In this document: positions 10,101 to 21,300 of the stretch, piece after piece | How the letters are laid out: every line of letters starts with the position of its first letter | How positions within the stretch are numbered: the stretch's first letter is position 1 | Assembly (NCBI GenBank): GCA_045589295.1 | Contig: JAZNOU010000007.1 | Coordinates: forward strand, 32,001-96,000 | Length of the DNA stretch: 64,000 bases | Direction of reading: 5' to 3' | From: Clostridia bacterium | GTDB lineage: Bacteria > Bacillota > Clostridia > RGIG6154 | Notes under the pieces: generated by a model | The model's input: the letters and a program-made list of their open reading frames with translations, nothing else | Told to the model about the DNA's origin: nothing | The model's database searches: none | Translations under genes and position numbers: made by a program

Positions 10101-11098
10101 GTAAAGTTACTGATTGAAAAACCAGGATTTATTAACTCATTGAAAGTTTCAGTAATCTGGCCTCTTTCAATTTTTACAGCACCAATTTCAATTATTGAAG
10201 ATGTAAGGGGGCTCAATCCTGTTGTTTCTATATCAATTGCTATAAAGCAATCTTCCAAGCCACAATCCTTATAGCCTCTTACAATTTTTGTATCATCATC
10301 TATCAGGTAACATTCAACACCATATATAATTTTTACACCATTCTTTTTACCTGCATCTAAAGCATCCGGGTAAGCCTGAACTACACCATGATCAGTGATT
10401 GCTAATGCCTTATGCCCCCACTTTGCCGCACGTTCAACGGCTGCCTCTACGTCAATTACACTGTCCATAGCACTCATCTTTGTATGCAAGTGAAGTTCTA
10501 CTCTCTTTTCTTTAGCGTCATCAGTATAAACCGGTGGTTCAACCAAAGTAACCGCATCAGAAAAAATTCCAACCTCGTTATCATACTTATCATACGATGC
10601 TTCACCCATAACTCTAAGATATCTTCCTGTCTTTATCTGTGAGCAAACCTTTTCTGCTACAGGCTTAGTCATATGTAATTTGCAAGTAATTGAGGATGTT
10701 TTATCAGTTATATCAAATTTAAACAGTATTTTTCCTTTTTTTGTTTCTCTGCTTTCTGTAGAAATAACACAACCTTCTATCACTACTTTTCCATAATACT
10801 GATCGATATTGGAAATTTTTTCGACATCAATATCACCCAATAATGGTTTTCCTAAAAGAACCGGATTTAATTTTTTTTCAGGTTCAACTAAATCAAATTT
10901 AGCATCAACATTATCCACTGGGTATAAACATAAAATAGCATCTATAAGTTCTTTTTTCTCTTCTGCCGTAATTTCATTTGGTACAGAAAAAGTAACCTGC
11001 ATCGTATTTGAGGCAGGTTTTAATTTAATATTAGTTACCTTTGTAGAAAGCATGATTGGTGAAACCACCACATCATTAAACAAATCCAAAAAATCCAT
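7187..11098 (-). CDS. polC: DNA polymerase III PolC-type alpha subunit
   Basis: OB domain, PHP (ELHLHTKMS), exonuclease (DIETTG, AHNAEFD), GSRGSVGSS, PDIDLNF, YMFPKAHAAAY. Confidence 0.98.
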   Translation of the reverse strand: MDFLDLFNDVVVSPIMLSTKVTNIKLKPASNTMQVTFSVPNEITAEEKKELIDAILCLYPVDNVDAKFDLVEPEKKLNPVLLGKPLLGDIDVEKISNIDQYYGKVVIEGCVISTESRETKKGKILFKFDITDKTSSITCKLHMTKPVAEKVCSQIKTGRYLRVMGEASYDKYDNEVGIFSDAVTLVEPPVYTDDAKEKRVELHLHTKMSAMDSVIDVEAAVERAAKWGHKALAITDHGVVQAYPDALDAGKKNGVKIIYGVECYLIDDDTKIVRGYKDCGLEDCFIAIDIETTGLSPLTSSIIEIGAVKIERGQITETFNELINPGFSISNFTTELTGITNDMLTGMPDLATIMPKFLDFVGDFPVIAHNAEFDCGFIKFNCEKMGLSFTNTSIDTLELCKNVLPDLKKFKLDIVAKRLNINMGSHHRAFDDARTCGLIFLKTRDALVKLGANNIQEINSKFPHSDYTKANTYHVVLLVKNQEGMKNLYKIISESHLNYFHKRPRVPRRILSEYRDGLIVGSACEAGELFCAVVEGKSHNELLKMADFYDYLEIQPIGNNRFMLDNGTVDSVKQLQDFNKIIVDLAKELNKPYVATCDAHFLDPDDKIFRAIIQAGQKYKDADNQAPLYFRNTTDMLKEFDYFDEETAYNAVVKNTNLIADMIEPNLQPIPKQTYAPRIDGAEDDVRNISYSTAHEIYGENIPQFVLDRMDKELNSIINNGFSVMYVIAQKLVWKSLEDGYLVGSRGSVGSSFIAFLMKITEVNSLCPHYVCPNCKHNEFVTDGKYACGVDMPDKDCPECGTKMNKDGFDIPFETFLGFHGEKDPDIDLNFSGEYQAKAHKYLENFFGSDHVFKAGTISTLADKTAYGYVMNYLAERNIQATNAEKNRLTIGCAGVRKTTGQHPGGMVVVPDDMDIYDFCPIHRPADKTDVDIITTHFDYSKMKGTLLKFDILGHDDPTVLRMLSDITGIDVQKIPLDDEGVMSLFSSNKMLKYKEELYDEEFNEIIGTNGLPEFGTGFTKQMLLDTLPTTFGELIRISGLSHGTDVWLNNAQDLVREGTATLKEVICTRDDIMVNLMYMGMEAEDAFQIMEFTRKGKFFQHQEYIPKMKESNVPDWYIDSCLKIKYMFPKAHAAAYVMMAYRIAWFKVYRPLAFYMTYFTVRADLFDASLMTKGLEKTREEIKRLRNSNEKLSVKDSSVLTILEVCNEMYTRGYEFAKIDLYKSDAVKFTLDENEKILPPLSAMPGLGENAAKSIAEARCDGEFTSIEDLRMRSGVNKTAIEVLRQEGCLDGMQESAQITFF

Positions 11099-11099
11099 T

Positions 11100-12143
11100 T
11101 TATGCTCCGTTAATTTCTTTCATAAGTTCATCTAATAAATTTTCAAAAGGTATTTTCCTTACAAGTTCACCCTTTTTAAACAAAATGCACTCAGTAAGGC
11201 CGCCAGCAACTCCAAGATCAGCCTCTTTCGCTTCTCCCGGACCATTAACTACACAGCCCATAACTGCAACTGTTAACTTTTTGTCAATATTTTTAGTTAG
11301 TTCTTCAACCTTTTTTACAGTTTCTATCAAATTATAATTGCATCTTCCACATGTTGGGCAAGAAACAATATTTATTCCTCCATTAATCTTTCCACAAGCT
11401 TTGAGAATTTCTTTTGCAGCATATATTTCTTTTTCTGGTTCTGCAGTAAGTGAAACTCTGATAGTGTCACCTATATCGTCCAAAATCAAGCTTCCTAGTC
11501 CAACAGAAGATTTAACAAGACCTGAATATTCGCTACCTGCTTCAGTAACACCGATATGTAGAGGATAATTCACTTTTTTAGCAATCTTTCTATATGCTTC
11601 CACTGTTGTAACAACATTTGACGCCTTTAAGGACAATACAATATTTGTAAAATCGCATCCTTCTAAAACTGCAACTTCTTTAAGAGCACTTTCTACCATC
11701 GCATCAGCATTTGGTGCGCCAAATTTTTGCAATATTTCTTTATCAATTGAACCGGAATTGACACCAATCCTTATAGGAATATTACACAAATTAGCTCTAT
11801 TTGCTAAAATTTTCACTCTTTCTCTGTCGCCAATATTCCCAGGATTTATTCTAATCTTATCAATTCCTCTTTCGATACACTCCAATGCTATCTTATAGTC
11901 AAAATGTATATCTGCAACCAAAGGTATAGATATTTTCTCCTTAATTTTGTCAATAAACTTTGCATCTTCAATTGTCGGTACAGTTATGCGGACAATATCG
12001 CATCCTGCTTTTTCCAAACTATTTATCTGAGCAATACTTTTTTCAATATCAGAAGGTTTTGTTGTGGTCATGGATTGAATTGCAATCCTATTGCCACCAC
12101 CAATCTTCATATTGCCTATGCTAATTTCTTTGGTGTTTTTCAT
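11100..12143 (-). CDS. ispG: (E)-4-hydroxy-3-methylbut-2-enyl-diphosphate synthase
   Basis: IQSMT, PLVADIHF, RINPGN, SCPTCGR, MGCVVNGPGE; start at ATG 12143 after GAGG. Confidence 0.97.
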   Translation of the reverse strand: MKNTKEISIGNMKIGGGNRIAIQSMTTTKPSDIEKSIAQINSLEKAGCDIVRITVPTIEDAKFIDKIKEKISIPLVADIHFDYKIALECIERGIDKIRINPGNIGDRERVKILANRANLCNIPIRIGVNSGSIDKEILQKFGAPNADAMVESALKEVAVLEGCDFTNIVLSLKASNVVTTVEAYRKIAKKVNYPLHIGVTEAGSEYSGLVKSSVGLGSLILDDIGDTIRVSLTAEPEKEIYAAKEILKACGKINGGINIVSCPTCGRCNYNLIETVKKVEELTKNIDKKLTVAVMGCVVNGPGEAKEADLGVAGGLTECILFKKGELVRKIPFENLLDELMKEINGA

Positions 12144-12151
12144 AACAAACC

Positions 12152-13159
12152 TCATTTACCAAATATCTTAAATACATCACTAAAAGTAACAAATAACATT
12201 AAAACCAATAACGCACAAAATCCAATTGCATGCACTACTGCCTCATATTTTTGCGGCACTGGCTTTCTAAATATAAGTTCAATCATAACAAATAGAATTC
12301 TACCACCATCCAATGCAGGAAAAGGTAGCAAATTAAACAATCCAAGATTAACGGTTATCAATGCAAAAAGGTAAATCACATTCATAATCCCCAATTTAGC
12401 AGCTTTTCCTATTTCAGTAACAATTCCAACTGGTCCGGAAGCATCACTAACTGACACAGTTCCGGTTAACATATCAACAACTGAAACAATAACCATTTTT
12501 GAAATAAATATTTCAAAATAAAATGAATACTTGATAGTCTCTAAAAATGAGTTGTTCACAAGTTTAGGCTTATACCCTATAAAGTATGTGCCATTATCAA
12601 CCATTGGTGTTATATTCAACGTCACCCTTTTTTGTCCGCGTTCTACTGTAACATCAATGTCCTTAGCACCATTTCGAAAAAGAAAAAATGAAATATCCGA
12701 ATCAATATTAACACTAGTTGAATTGAGTTTTATAATTTTATCACCAGATAGCAATCCCTGCGAATAAGCAGGAGCATTTTCCAACACAGAATCTACAACA
12801 GGTGTTGAAATATGTTCATTTGGTGAAAACAAAATTAAAAGTGCCGCAAAACCAATCAACAAATTCATAAATGCACCAGCCGCTAAAATGCTGATTCTTT
12901 GCAATGGTTTTTTCTGAGAAAAGGACACTGGTGAAATAACTTCTTCATCCTCCCCTGTAAGCTTACAGTATCCACCAATCGGTATCAGTCTGAGTGAATA
13001 TAGCGTCTCTTTGCCATGATATGAGAAAATTTTAGGTCCCATACCAATTGCAAATTCAGTAACTTCTACCTTATTTAATTTTGCAGCTATAAGATGTCCT
13101 GCTTCATGCACCCCTATCAAAAGTCCAAAAACTATAATAGCAACAACAACTGTTAACAA
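12152..13159 (-). CDS. rseP: RIP metalloprotease RseP (M50, PDZ)
   Basis: HEAGH, FAIGMGP, NLLPFPALDGG; dxr-ispG context. Confidence 0.94.
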   Translation of the reverse strand: MLTVVVAIIVFGLLIGVHEAGHLIAAKLNKVEVTEFAIGMGPKIFSYHGKETLYSLRLIPIGGYCKLTGEDEEVISPVSFSQKKPLQRISILAAGAFMNLLIGFAALLILFSPNEHISTPVVDSVLENAPAYSQGLLSGDKIIKLNSTSVNIDSDISFFLFRNGAKDIDVTVERGQKRVTLNITPMVDNGTYFIGYKPKLVNNSFLETIKYSFYFEIFISKMVIVSVVDMLTGTVSVSDASGPVGIVTEIGKAAKLGIMNVIYLFALITVNLGLFNLLPFPALDGGRILFVMIELIFRKPVPQKYEAVVHAIGFCALLVLMLFVTFSDVFKIFGK

Positions 13160-13163
13160 AAAA

Positions 13164-14315
13164 TCACCTTCCGCATATTTGGTAAATTCTCTCTCTTGCT
13201 TGTTTATCGGCGATCAAAATATCTTTTATGTTATAATCATAAACGGGTGTGTAACTTTTGATTGCTTCTTCTATACAATCTCCAATATCTAAAAACCCAA
13301 TTTTGCCATTTAAAAATAGCTCAACAGCAGTTTCATTCGCACCATTTAAATAAGCAGGCACGGTCCCGCCAACTTTAATAGCCTCAATTGCCAAATTTAA
13401 GCACTTAAATGTATCATAATCGGGTTTATCAAAAGTCAAAGAATTAAGCGATGAAAAATCCAATGGTTCACAATCTAAAACTTCTCGATCAGGATAATTA
13501 AGCGCAACACTTATAGGAGTTCTCATATCAGGCTTGCCCATCTGCGCCAACACACTGCCGTCGGTAAACTCAACCATAGAATGTATTATGCTCTGTCTGT
13601 GAACAATTATATCAATTTCTTCAGGTTTAACACCAAAAAGCCACTTTGCTTCAATAAACTCCAAGCCTTTATTCATAAGAGTGGCGCTATCAATTGTTAT
13701 TTTACTACCCATACTCCAATTAGGATGGTTAAGAGCATCAGCGACTGAAACCTTTTCAAGTTCAGCGCGGTTCTTGCCAAAAAAGGGGCCACCCGAAGCC
13801 GTAAGAATAATTCTTTTTATGTTTTTTTGTTGCGAACCGTTTAAACACTGAAAAATAGCACTGTGCTCGCTATCTACAGGCAAAAGCTTTACGCCATTTT
13901 CTTTAGCTTTTTGAGTAACCAATTTACCTGCAGTAACAAGCGTTTCTTTGTTAGCGAGAGCGATATCAATTTTATTATTAATCGCATCAAGCGTTGGCAA
14001 AAGTCCTGCAACACCAACTATTGCAGACAAAACAATATCAGCACCAGAATTGCAGGAAACTTCTCTTACGCCATCTAAACCGCATAAAATTTTTGTACCG
14101 CAATCACTTACTGAATTTTTTAATTCTGTATAAAGTGATTCGTCAAAAATTGCAGCTTTTTCAGGCTTGTATTTTCTTATTTGTTCACTAAGACGTTTAA
14201 CATTTTTGTTAGCAGCAAGACCGCAAATTGCAAAACTGCCGTTTTGCCTATCAACAACATCCAAAGTTTGTGTTCCAATTGAACCTGTTGAACCAAGTAC
14301 AGATATTTTTTTCAT
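13164..14315 (-). CDS. dxr: 1-deoxy-D-xylulose-5-phosphate reductoisomerase
   Basis: LGSTGSIG, LANKE, PVDSEH, HPNWSMG, MNKGLE. Confidence 0.98.
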   Translation of the reverse strand: MKKISVLGSTGSIGTQTLDVVDRQNGSFAICGLAANKNVKRLSEQIRKYKPEKAAIFDESLYTELKNSVSDCGTKILCGLDGVREVSCNSGADIVLSAIVGVAGLLPTLDAINNKIDIALANKETLVTAGKLVTQKAKENGVKLLPVDSEHSAIFQCLNGSQQKNIKRIILTASGGPFFGKNRAELEKVSVADALNHPNWSMGSKITIDSATLMNKGLEFIEAKWLFGVKPEEIDIIVHRQSIIHSMVEFTDGSVLAQMGKPDMRTPISVALNYPDREVLDCEPLDFSSLNSLTFDKPDYDTFKCLNLAIEAIKVGGTVPAYLNGANETAVELFLNGKIGFLDIGDCIEEAIKSYTPVYDYNIKDILIADKQARERIYQICGR

Positions 14316-14327
14316 AATAACTCCAAA

Positions 14328-15137
14328 CTAAGCCGTAAATAAAGTCACATAAGCCACAAAATAATAAATGAGTGGCGCCATTAAAATTATACTATCTATT
14401 CTATCCATTACTCCACCATGTCCAGGCAGAATATGTCCATAATCCTTTACACCAAACTCCCTTTTTATAACAGACGCAGTCAAATCACCTAACTGTGAAA
14501 CCAAACCACTTATTATTCCCAAAATCACAAGCGCTACATAGTTAACATTAAATCCTGTTATTTGTGTTACAACATAACCAAAGGCAAGCATTAATAAAAT
14601 GGTACCTACTTCACCGCCAATTGCACCTTCAATAGTTTTTTTAGGACTAATTTCAGGACACAATTTATGTTTTCCGAATAATACGCCAACAAAATATGCA
14701 CAAGTATCTGTAGCAAACGCACCAATAAATACCAAGAATATATATATGTCGCCCATTTGAAGCTTTCTTACTGCAATAATGTGAAGCATTGCCACAGTTA
14801 TGTAAATCATACAGAACACTGTCATTACAATATCAGAAAACTTGATTTTTTTATGCGCAAAAATCATAATAGCAAACAATGTTAAAACATAAATTAAGCA
14901 CGAAAGACCAATTAACTTTGTAATGTTAAACCAAATAATTAATGAAAAGAAAACAGAAAACACTAAATTGCACCACTTAAGCTGAGGCTTTGAATCAAAG
15001 CCAACAACATTGGACATTTCAAACTGTGCTATGAGCACAAGCAAGCTTACAAAAGTTGCTACAATATTATAATTTGAAAACAAGATAGCAATTATAGCAA
15101 CCGCAATTGCCGCACCCGTAATAACTCTTTGTAACAT
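14328..15137 (-). CDS. cdsA: Phosphatidate cytidylyltransferase
   Basis: SPKKTIEG, KDYGHILPGHGGVMDRID; polytopic membrane protein. Confidence 0.96.
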   Translation of the reverse strand: MLQRVITGAAIAVAIIAILFSNYNIVATFVSLLVLIAQFEMSNVVGFDSKPQLKWCNLVFSVFFSLIIWFNITKLIGLSCLIYVLTLFAIMIFAHKKIKFSDIVMTVFCMIYITVAMLHIIAVRKLQMGDIYIFLVFIGAFATDTCAYFVGVLFGKHKLCPEISPKKTIEGAIGGEVGTILLMLAFGYVVTQITGFNVNYVALVILGIISGLVSQLGDLTASVIKREFGVKDYGHILPGHGGVMDRIDSIILMAPLIYYFVAYVTLFTA

Positions 15138-15139
15138 AA

Positions 15140-15880
15140 CTATTCCTCCGCCTTGTCTTCTAAAAGACCGCCGTATTTACGTTTACGTGCTTGATAATCA
15201 CAAATTGCTTGTTCTAAATCTTCTTCCATAAATTCAGGCCAAAGTTTTTCGGTAAACCAAAATTCTGAATATGATGACTGCCAAATTAAAAAATTGCTTA
15301 GTCTCAATTCACCGGCAGTTCTTATTATTAAATCTGGATCAGGAATATCATAAGTATACAAATATTCAGAGAACTTTTCTTCAGTAAGTTCATTGGCAGA
15401 AAGAACGCCCTCCTGAATATCTTTAATAATACTTTTTGTTGCAGAAATGATTTCATTACGACCACCATACCCTAAAGCGATATTTACGCTAAGACCTTTT
15501 TTATTTTCGGTCATTTTCTCAACGTACTTAATGGCTGCTTTGATTGTGGGATCAAAACTTGAAATATCGCCTATAACACGAATTCTTATTTCAGTTCCGC
15601 CAATGTAACTTTCCCAATTTTTAAGATAGTTTGCCAAAAGAGACATAAGCCCCATAACTTCCGTTTTGGGGCGTTTCCAATTTTCTGTAGAGAATGCGTA
15701 GACAGTAAGATTTTTCACACCGGCGCGTTCGCAATATTCGGCAATTTTAACTAATCTCTCTGCTCCTGCCTTATGTCCGTTTGTCCTTGATAACCCGCGC
15801 ATAGTGGCATATCGTCCGTTACCATCCATAATAATTCCTATGCTTTTGGGAATTCTTTCTAAATCAAACTTATACTTCAA
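15140..15880 (-). CDS. uppS: Undecaprenyl diphosphate synthase
   Basis: IMDGNGR, FSTENWKRP, DLIIRTAGELRLSNF. Confidence 0.97.
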   Translation of the reverse strand: MKYKFDLERIPKSIGIIMDGNGRYATMRGLSRTNGHKAGAERLVKIAEYCERAGVKNLTVYAFSTENWKRPKTEVMGLMSLLANYLKNWESYIGGTEIRIRVIGDISSFDPTIKAAIKYVEKMTENKKGLSVNIALGYGGRNEIISATKSIIKDIQEGVLSANELTEEKFSEYLYTYDIPDPDLIIRTAGELRLSNFLIWQSSYSEFWFTEKLWPEFMEEDLEQAICDYQARKRKYGGLLEDKAEE

Positions 15881-16424
15881 GAACTTCAGCTTCCTTTTTC
15901 TTTACAATTTCATCAATTTCTTTAATTGCATTGTCAGTCATATCCTGAACATCTTTTTCAATACCTTTAAGATCGTCTTCGGTAATTTCACTCGCTTTCT
16001 GTTGCTTTTTAAACATTTCAAGCGCATCACGTCTTATTGAACGAATAGCAACTTTTGAGTCTTCACCGATTTTTTTAACATTTTTAACAAGTTCTTTTCT
16101 TCTTTCTTCTGTAAGTGGAGGAAAAGTAAGTCTGATAACTTTTCCGTCATTGTTTGGATTAATTCCTAAGTCAGAAGCAGAAATTGATTTTTCAATTTCT
16201 TTTAAAATTGTAGCATCCCATGGTTGAATAACAATTGTTCTTGCCTCAGGAACAGAAATTGTTCCCACTTGAGGAATAGGGGTAGCTACACCATAATAAT
16301 CAACAGTTATCTTATCAAGCACAGATGGATTGGCGCGTCCTGCTCTAATTGATGCAAGTTCACTTGCCAAAACACTTATACTTTTATCCATTTTAGATTT
16401 AACTTCAGTATATTGAGGTTTCAT
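15870..16424 (-). CDS. frr: Ribosome recycling factor
   Basis: IRAGRANP, PPLTEERRKELVK. Confidence 0.98.
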   Translation of the reverse strand: MKPQYTEVKSKMDKSISVLASELASIRAGRANPSVLDKITVDYYGVATPIPQVGTISVPEARTIVIQPWDATILKEIEKSISASDLGINPNNDGKVIRLTFPPLTEERRKELVKNVKKIGEDSKVAIRSIRRDALEMFKKQQKASEITEDDLKGIEKDVQDMTDNAIKEIDEIVKKKEAEVLEV

Positions 16425-16442
16425 ATTTTTATCTCCTTAAAA

Positions 16443-17153
16443 TTAATTATTAACAATAGTTCCAATTTTTTCACCTTTAATAGCACGAATAATATTTTCA
16501 GGTTCGTTCAAACCAAATACTAATATTGGAATGTCGTTATCCATACAAAGTGATGTAGCAGTTGAATCCATAACACCAAGTCTGCTATTTAATATATTTA
16601 TGTAACTTAAATGATCAAACTTAACTGCAGTCGGATTAACGTTAGGATCACTGTCATATACAGCATCAACTTTTTTTGCAAGCAGTATAATATCAGCATT
16701 GATTTCTGCTGCTCTTAAAGCTGCGGCAGTGTCTGTTGAAAAGAACGGACATCCCGAACCGCAAGCAAAAATAACAACACGATTATGTTCTAAATGTTTT
16801 ACAGCCTTACCTCTTATGTACGGTTCAGCAATCTGACGCATTTCAATGGCAGTCTGAACTCTTGTTGGAACACCTTTACTTTCAAGTGAGTCTGCAAGTG
16901 CCAAAGAATTTATCACAGTAGCAAGCATTCCCATATGATCTGCACGAGTTCTTTCCATTCCCTCGCCATCTCTTCCTCTCCAGAAATTACCTCCACCAAC
17001 AACAATTGCAACTTCTACTCCCATTTCAACACATTCTTTAATTTTGTCGCATATGTCACTGATAGTTTCGTGATTAAGTCCAAATTTGTTTTCACCAGCC
17101 AAAGCTTCGCCGCTTACTTTCAGCAAAACTCTTTTATACTTTGCTTCACTCAC
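16443..17153 (-). CDS. pyrH: Uridylate kinase
   Basis: [35 protein letters not shown]. Confidence 0.98.
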   Translation of the reverse strand: MSEAKYKRVLLKVSGEALAGENKFGLNHETISDICDKIKECVEMGVEVAIVVGGGNFWRGRDGEGMERTRADHMGMLATVINSLALADSLESKGVPTRVQTAIEMRQIAEPYIRGKAVKHLEHNRVVIFACGSGCPFFSTDTAAALRAAEINADIILLAKKVDAVYDSDPNVNPTAVKFDHLSYINILNSRLGVMDSTATSLCMDNDIPILVFGLNEPENIIRAIKGEKIGTIVNN

Positions 17154-18099
17154 AGTTCATCCCTCCGTTATTTTTCTTTAGATCTTCTAAAATTACATAA
17201 ATTTCATATGCACTTTGAGCGCAATTGATTGCATTTTTAGCCTTTGCAGCACCATGCAATCCTTTTATATACCAAGAAATATGTTTTCTTGCTTCCCTTA
17301 TACCAATATATTCACCCTTGTGCTTTACAATACTCTCCATATGCAGTATTGCTGTGTCAACAATTTCTTGTATTGCAGGAGCTTTGCCAGAAAAAATAAA
17401 TGGGTTACCTAAAGCACCTCTTGCAATCATGACACCATCACATTTAGTGTATTCAATCATTCTTTCAACATCATAAAAGTTAAAAATATCACCATTACCA
17501 ATAACTGGAATACTAACAGACTTCTTAACTTCTTTGATTATATCCCAATCAGCGCTACCTGAATAAAACTGTTGCCTTGTTCTGCCGTGAACAGCAACTG
17601 CTTTTGCACCATTTTGTTCAGCTATCTGAGCAATTTGAACGGCATTAACGTTATCCTCATCCCATCCTTTACGTATTTTAACAGTAACAGGCAAAGATAT
17701 AGCACTTGAAACCGCATGAACGATTTCTCCTACAAGTGAGGGATTTTTCATCAAGGCACTTCCATCACCGTTATTTGCTACCTTAGGCACAGGGCACCCC
17801 ATATTTATATCAATGATATGACACACATTCATATCGCAAATTTTTTTAGCTCCCAGTGCCATTATCTCTGGGTCTGAGCCAAAAATTTGAACTGCATAGG
17901 GTTTTTCCTCAACCGTAGGAAATATCAGCTGTTCAGTTTTTTTGTCATTATAGTATAGCGCTTTTGCGGATACCATTTCAGAAAATGTGAGCCCACAACC
18001 GTATGCACGACACAAATTCCTGAAGGTTGCATCGGTCACCCCTGCCATAGGTCCTAAGACCATGGCAGAAGGAATCTCTACATCACCGATTTTAAACAT
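17146..18099 (-). CDS. dusB: tRNA-dihydrouridine synthase DusB
   Basis: [31 protein letters not shown]. Confidence 0.93.
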   Translation of the reverse strand: MFKIGDVEIPSAMVLGPMAGVTDATFRNLCRAYGCGLTFSEMVSAKALYYNDKKTEQLIFPTVEEKPYAVQIFGSDPEIMALGAKKICDMNVCHIIDINMGCPVPKVANNGDGSALMKNPSLVGEIVHAVSSAISLPVTVKIRKGWDEDNVNAVQIAQIAEQNGAKAVAVHGRTRQQFYSGSADWDIIKEVKKSVSIPVIGNGDIFNFYDVERMIEYTKCDGVMIARGALGNPFIFSGKAPAIQEIVDTAILHMESIVKHKGEYIGIREARKHISWYIKGLHGAAKAKNAINCAQSAYEIYVILEDLKKNNGGMNCE

Positions 18100-18305
18100 T
18101 ATTTACCAACAGAAGCTAAATAGTCATTGATCTTTTTAACCAATTCATCAGCATCAACACCGTGAACTGCACAAGCTTCTGCAATACTTTCACCACTTGC
18201 TGAAGGACAACCCAAGCAATGCATTCCAATTTCAAAGAAAAGAGGTGCAGTGCCCTTATCAATTTTTAATACATCCATAATAATAGTTTCTTTTGTTACT
18301 GCCAT
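18099..18305 (-). CDS. DUF1858 (hybrid-cluster-associated redox disulfide domain) protein
   Basis: 68 aa, GMHCLGCPSASGESIAEACAVHG. Confidence 0.88.
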   Translation of the reverse strand: MAVTKETIIMDVLKIDKGTAPLFFEIGMHCLGCPSASGESIAEACAVHGVDADELVKKINDYLASVGK

Positions 18306-18325
18306 AATAATATTCTCCTTTACAA

Positions 18326-21300
18326 TTATTTAATAACTTCAACCGAAAGAACAACTTTTTCGCCGTTTATATTCCATTCTTTATTTATGTCAAATACACC
18401 TTCTAAGACATCTTCTGCCAATGTGTCAGACATAATTTCGGCTTTGTTTCTTTCGATAACTTCACCAATTTTACTGTTACCTGAAAAAGCAATTTTTATG
18501 TGATCTTGTACTAGGAAATCGCTATCTTTTCTCATTGTTTGAATTTTGCTTATTATTTCTCTTGTGAAACCTTCTTCAATAAGAGCGTCATTTAAATTTG
18601 TATCCAAAACAACAGTAACATCTTTTTCAGTTTGTGAAACCATCCCCTCTTTTTGAGTAGTTTCAATCAACAAATCTTCTTTTAAAAGAGAAACAGCGTT
18701 TCCATCAATTTCAAAATCAAATGTTTTGCCTGCTTCTAAATCAGCCATTGCCGAAATTGTATCGCAATCTGCAAGGAACTGACCAATTTTACCAAGAATT
18801 TTACCATACTTTGGACCTAAGGTTCTAAGCTGTGGCTTAAATTTATAACCAACAAACCCAGATACATCCTCAATAAACTCAAGGCCTTTAACATTAAGTT
18901 CTTCCAAGACAATGTCAAAATATTCTTTAGCAATTGGTTTTTCGGCTTTAGCGTATATACATGAAAGTGGCTGACGGTTTTTAACATTTGCAGTGTTTCT
19001 TGCAGCACGTCCTGCAACAACAATATTAAGAACCGTTTGCATATTGCTTTCTAACTCGCTGTCAATCCAGTTTTCATTTGCAACCGGATAATCACAAAAA
19101 TGAATACTTTCAGGAGCAGATTTATCATTAGTTCTAACTAAATTCTGATAAATTTCTTCTGTCATAAACGGAACATACGGTGCTGCAAGTTTAGATACTT
19201 CATACAAAACAGTATAAAGTGTCATGAAAGCATTAACTTTATCTTGCGGCATATCCTTTTGCCAGAAACGTTCACGGCATCTTCTTACATACCAGTTAGA
19301 AAGTTCATCAACAAAATCCTGGATTGCTCTTGCAGATTCAGTAATTCTATAATTTTCTAAATCATTATCTGTCTGCTTGATAAGTGTATTCAATCTTGAC
19401 AAGATCCACTTGTCCATTACTGAAAGTTTGTCATATTCAAGCTTGTACTGTGTAGGATCAAAATTGTCAATATCTGCATAAAGAATATAGAATGCATACG
19501 TATTCCAGAGTGTTCCCATAAATTTACGCTGACACTCATTAACAGCTTCACCGTAAAATCTGTTAGGAAGCCATGGTGAGCTTGATGTGTAGAAGTACCA
19601 TCTTACAGCATCTGCACCCTGGTTGTTAAGAACATCCCATGGGTCTACAACGTTGCCTTTATGCTTACTCATCTTCTGACCGTCTTTATCCTGAACGTGA
19701 CCTAAAACGATAACATTCTTATATGGTGCTTTATCAAAAATAAGAGTTGATATAGCCATTAATGTATAGAACCAACCACGTGTCTGGTCGATAGCTTCAC
19801 TGATAAAGTCAGCCGGGAAGTTTTCATCAAAAATTTCCTTGTTTTCAAATGGATAGTGCCACTGTGCAAAAGGCATTGAACCTGAATCAAACCAGCAGTC
19901 AATAACTTCAGGAACACGATGCATCTTGCCACCGCATTCAGGACATTTGATCTCAACAGCATCAATATACGGTCTGTGAAGTTCAATATCATCAGGACAG
20001 TTGTCGCTCATTGATTTTAATTCTTCAATGCTTCCGATCATATGACGATGTCCGCAAGAACATTCCCAGATTGGAAGTGGAGTTCCCCAGTATCTTTCAC
20101 GTGAAAGACCCCAGTCAATAACGCCATCAAGGAAGTTACCAAATCTACCATCTTTGATATTTTCAGGCATCCAGTTAACAGTAGCATTATTTTTAAGAAG
20201 CTGCTCTCGAACCTTTGTCATTGCAATAAACCATGTTGCTCTTGCATAATAGATAAGCGGAGTATCACATCTCCAACAGAATGGATATGAATGAGTAAAT
20301 TTCTGAGGTTTGAATAAAAGTCCCTTTGCTTTTAAATCTTCTAAAACCATTGGGTCAGCATCTTTCATAAAGACACCTTCATATTTGTCGGTACCTTCAA
20401 CAAACTTACCCTCTGTGTTAATCATCTGAACAAATGGCAAATCATTGTCACGACCAACTCTTGCATCGTCTTCACCGAATGCAGGAGCAATATGAACAAT
20501 ACCTGTACCATCAGTTGTTGTAACATAACTGTCTGCAATAACAAACCAGCATTTCTTCTCAGGCTTAGCATAATCAAAGAGTGGTTCGTATTCGATACCT
20601 TTAAGATTTTCACCTTTGTATTCTTCGATTACTTCGTATTCCTCACCGAATACACTATTTGCCAATTCTTTAGCAACAATATAAATTTTATCTTCAAATT
20701 TTGCTTTGATGTAATCAACTTCGCCATTAACTGCCAAAGCTACGTTAGAAGGAAGTGTCCATGGTGTGGTTGTCCACGCCATAATGTATTCGTCCTTACC
20801 TTTGATTTTGAAGTTAACATAAGCTGAAGTATCTTCAACATCTTTATAACCCTGAGCTACTTCGTGGCTAGAGAGTGCAGTTCCGCATCTTGGGCAATAT
20901 GGTACAACCTTGTGCCCTTTATAGATAAGTCCCTTGTCCCAAATCTGTTTTAACGCCCACCAAACTGATTCTATAAATTCGTTATGGTAAGTGACGTAAG
21001 GGTTTTCCATATCAGCCCAGAAACCAACACGATCGCTCATTTCTTTCCAGAGGCCTTCATATTTCCATACGCTTTTTTTACATTCTTCGATAAAAGGCTG
21101 AACACCATACTTTTCAATTTCAGGTTTACCATCAATACCAAGAATTTTTTCAACCTCAAGTTCAACAGGAAGTCCATGTGTATCCCAACCGGCCTTACGC
21201 AAAACTTTATACCCTTTCATAGTTTTATACCTAGGTATAATGTCTTTCATAACACGAGTTAATATGTGACCAATATGTGGTTTACCATTTGCAGTAGGCG

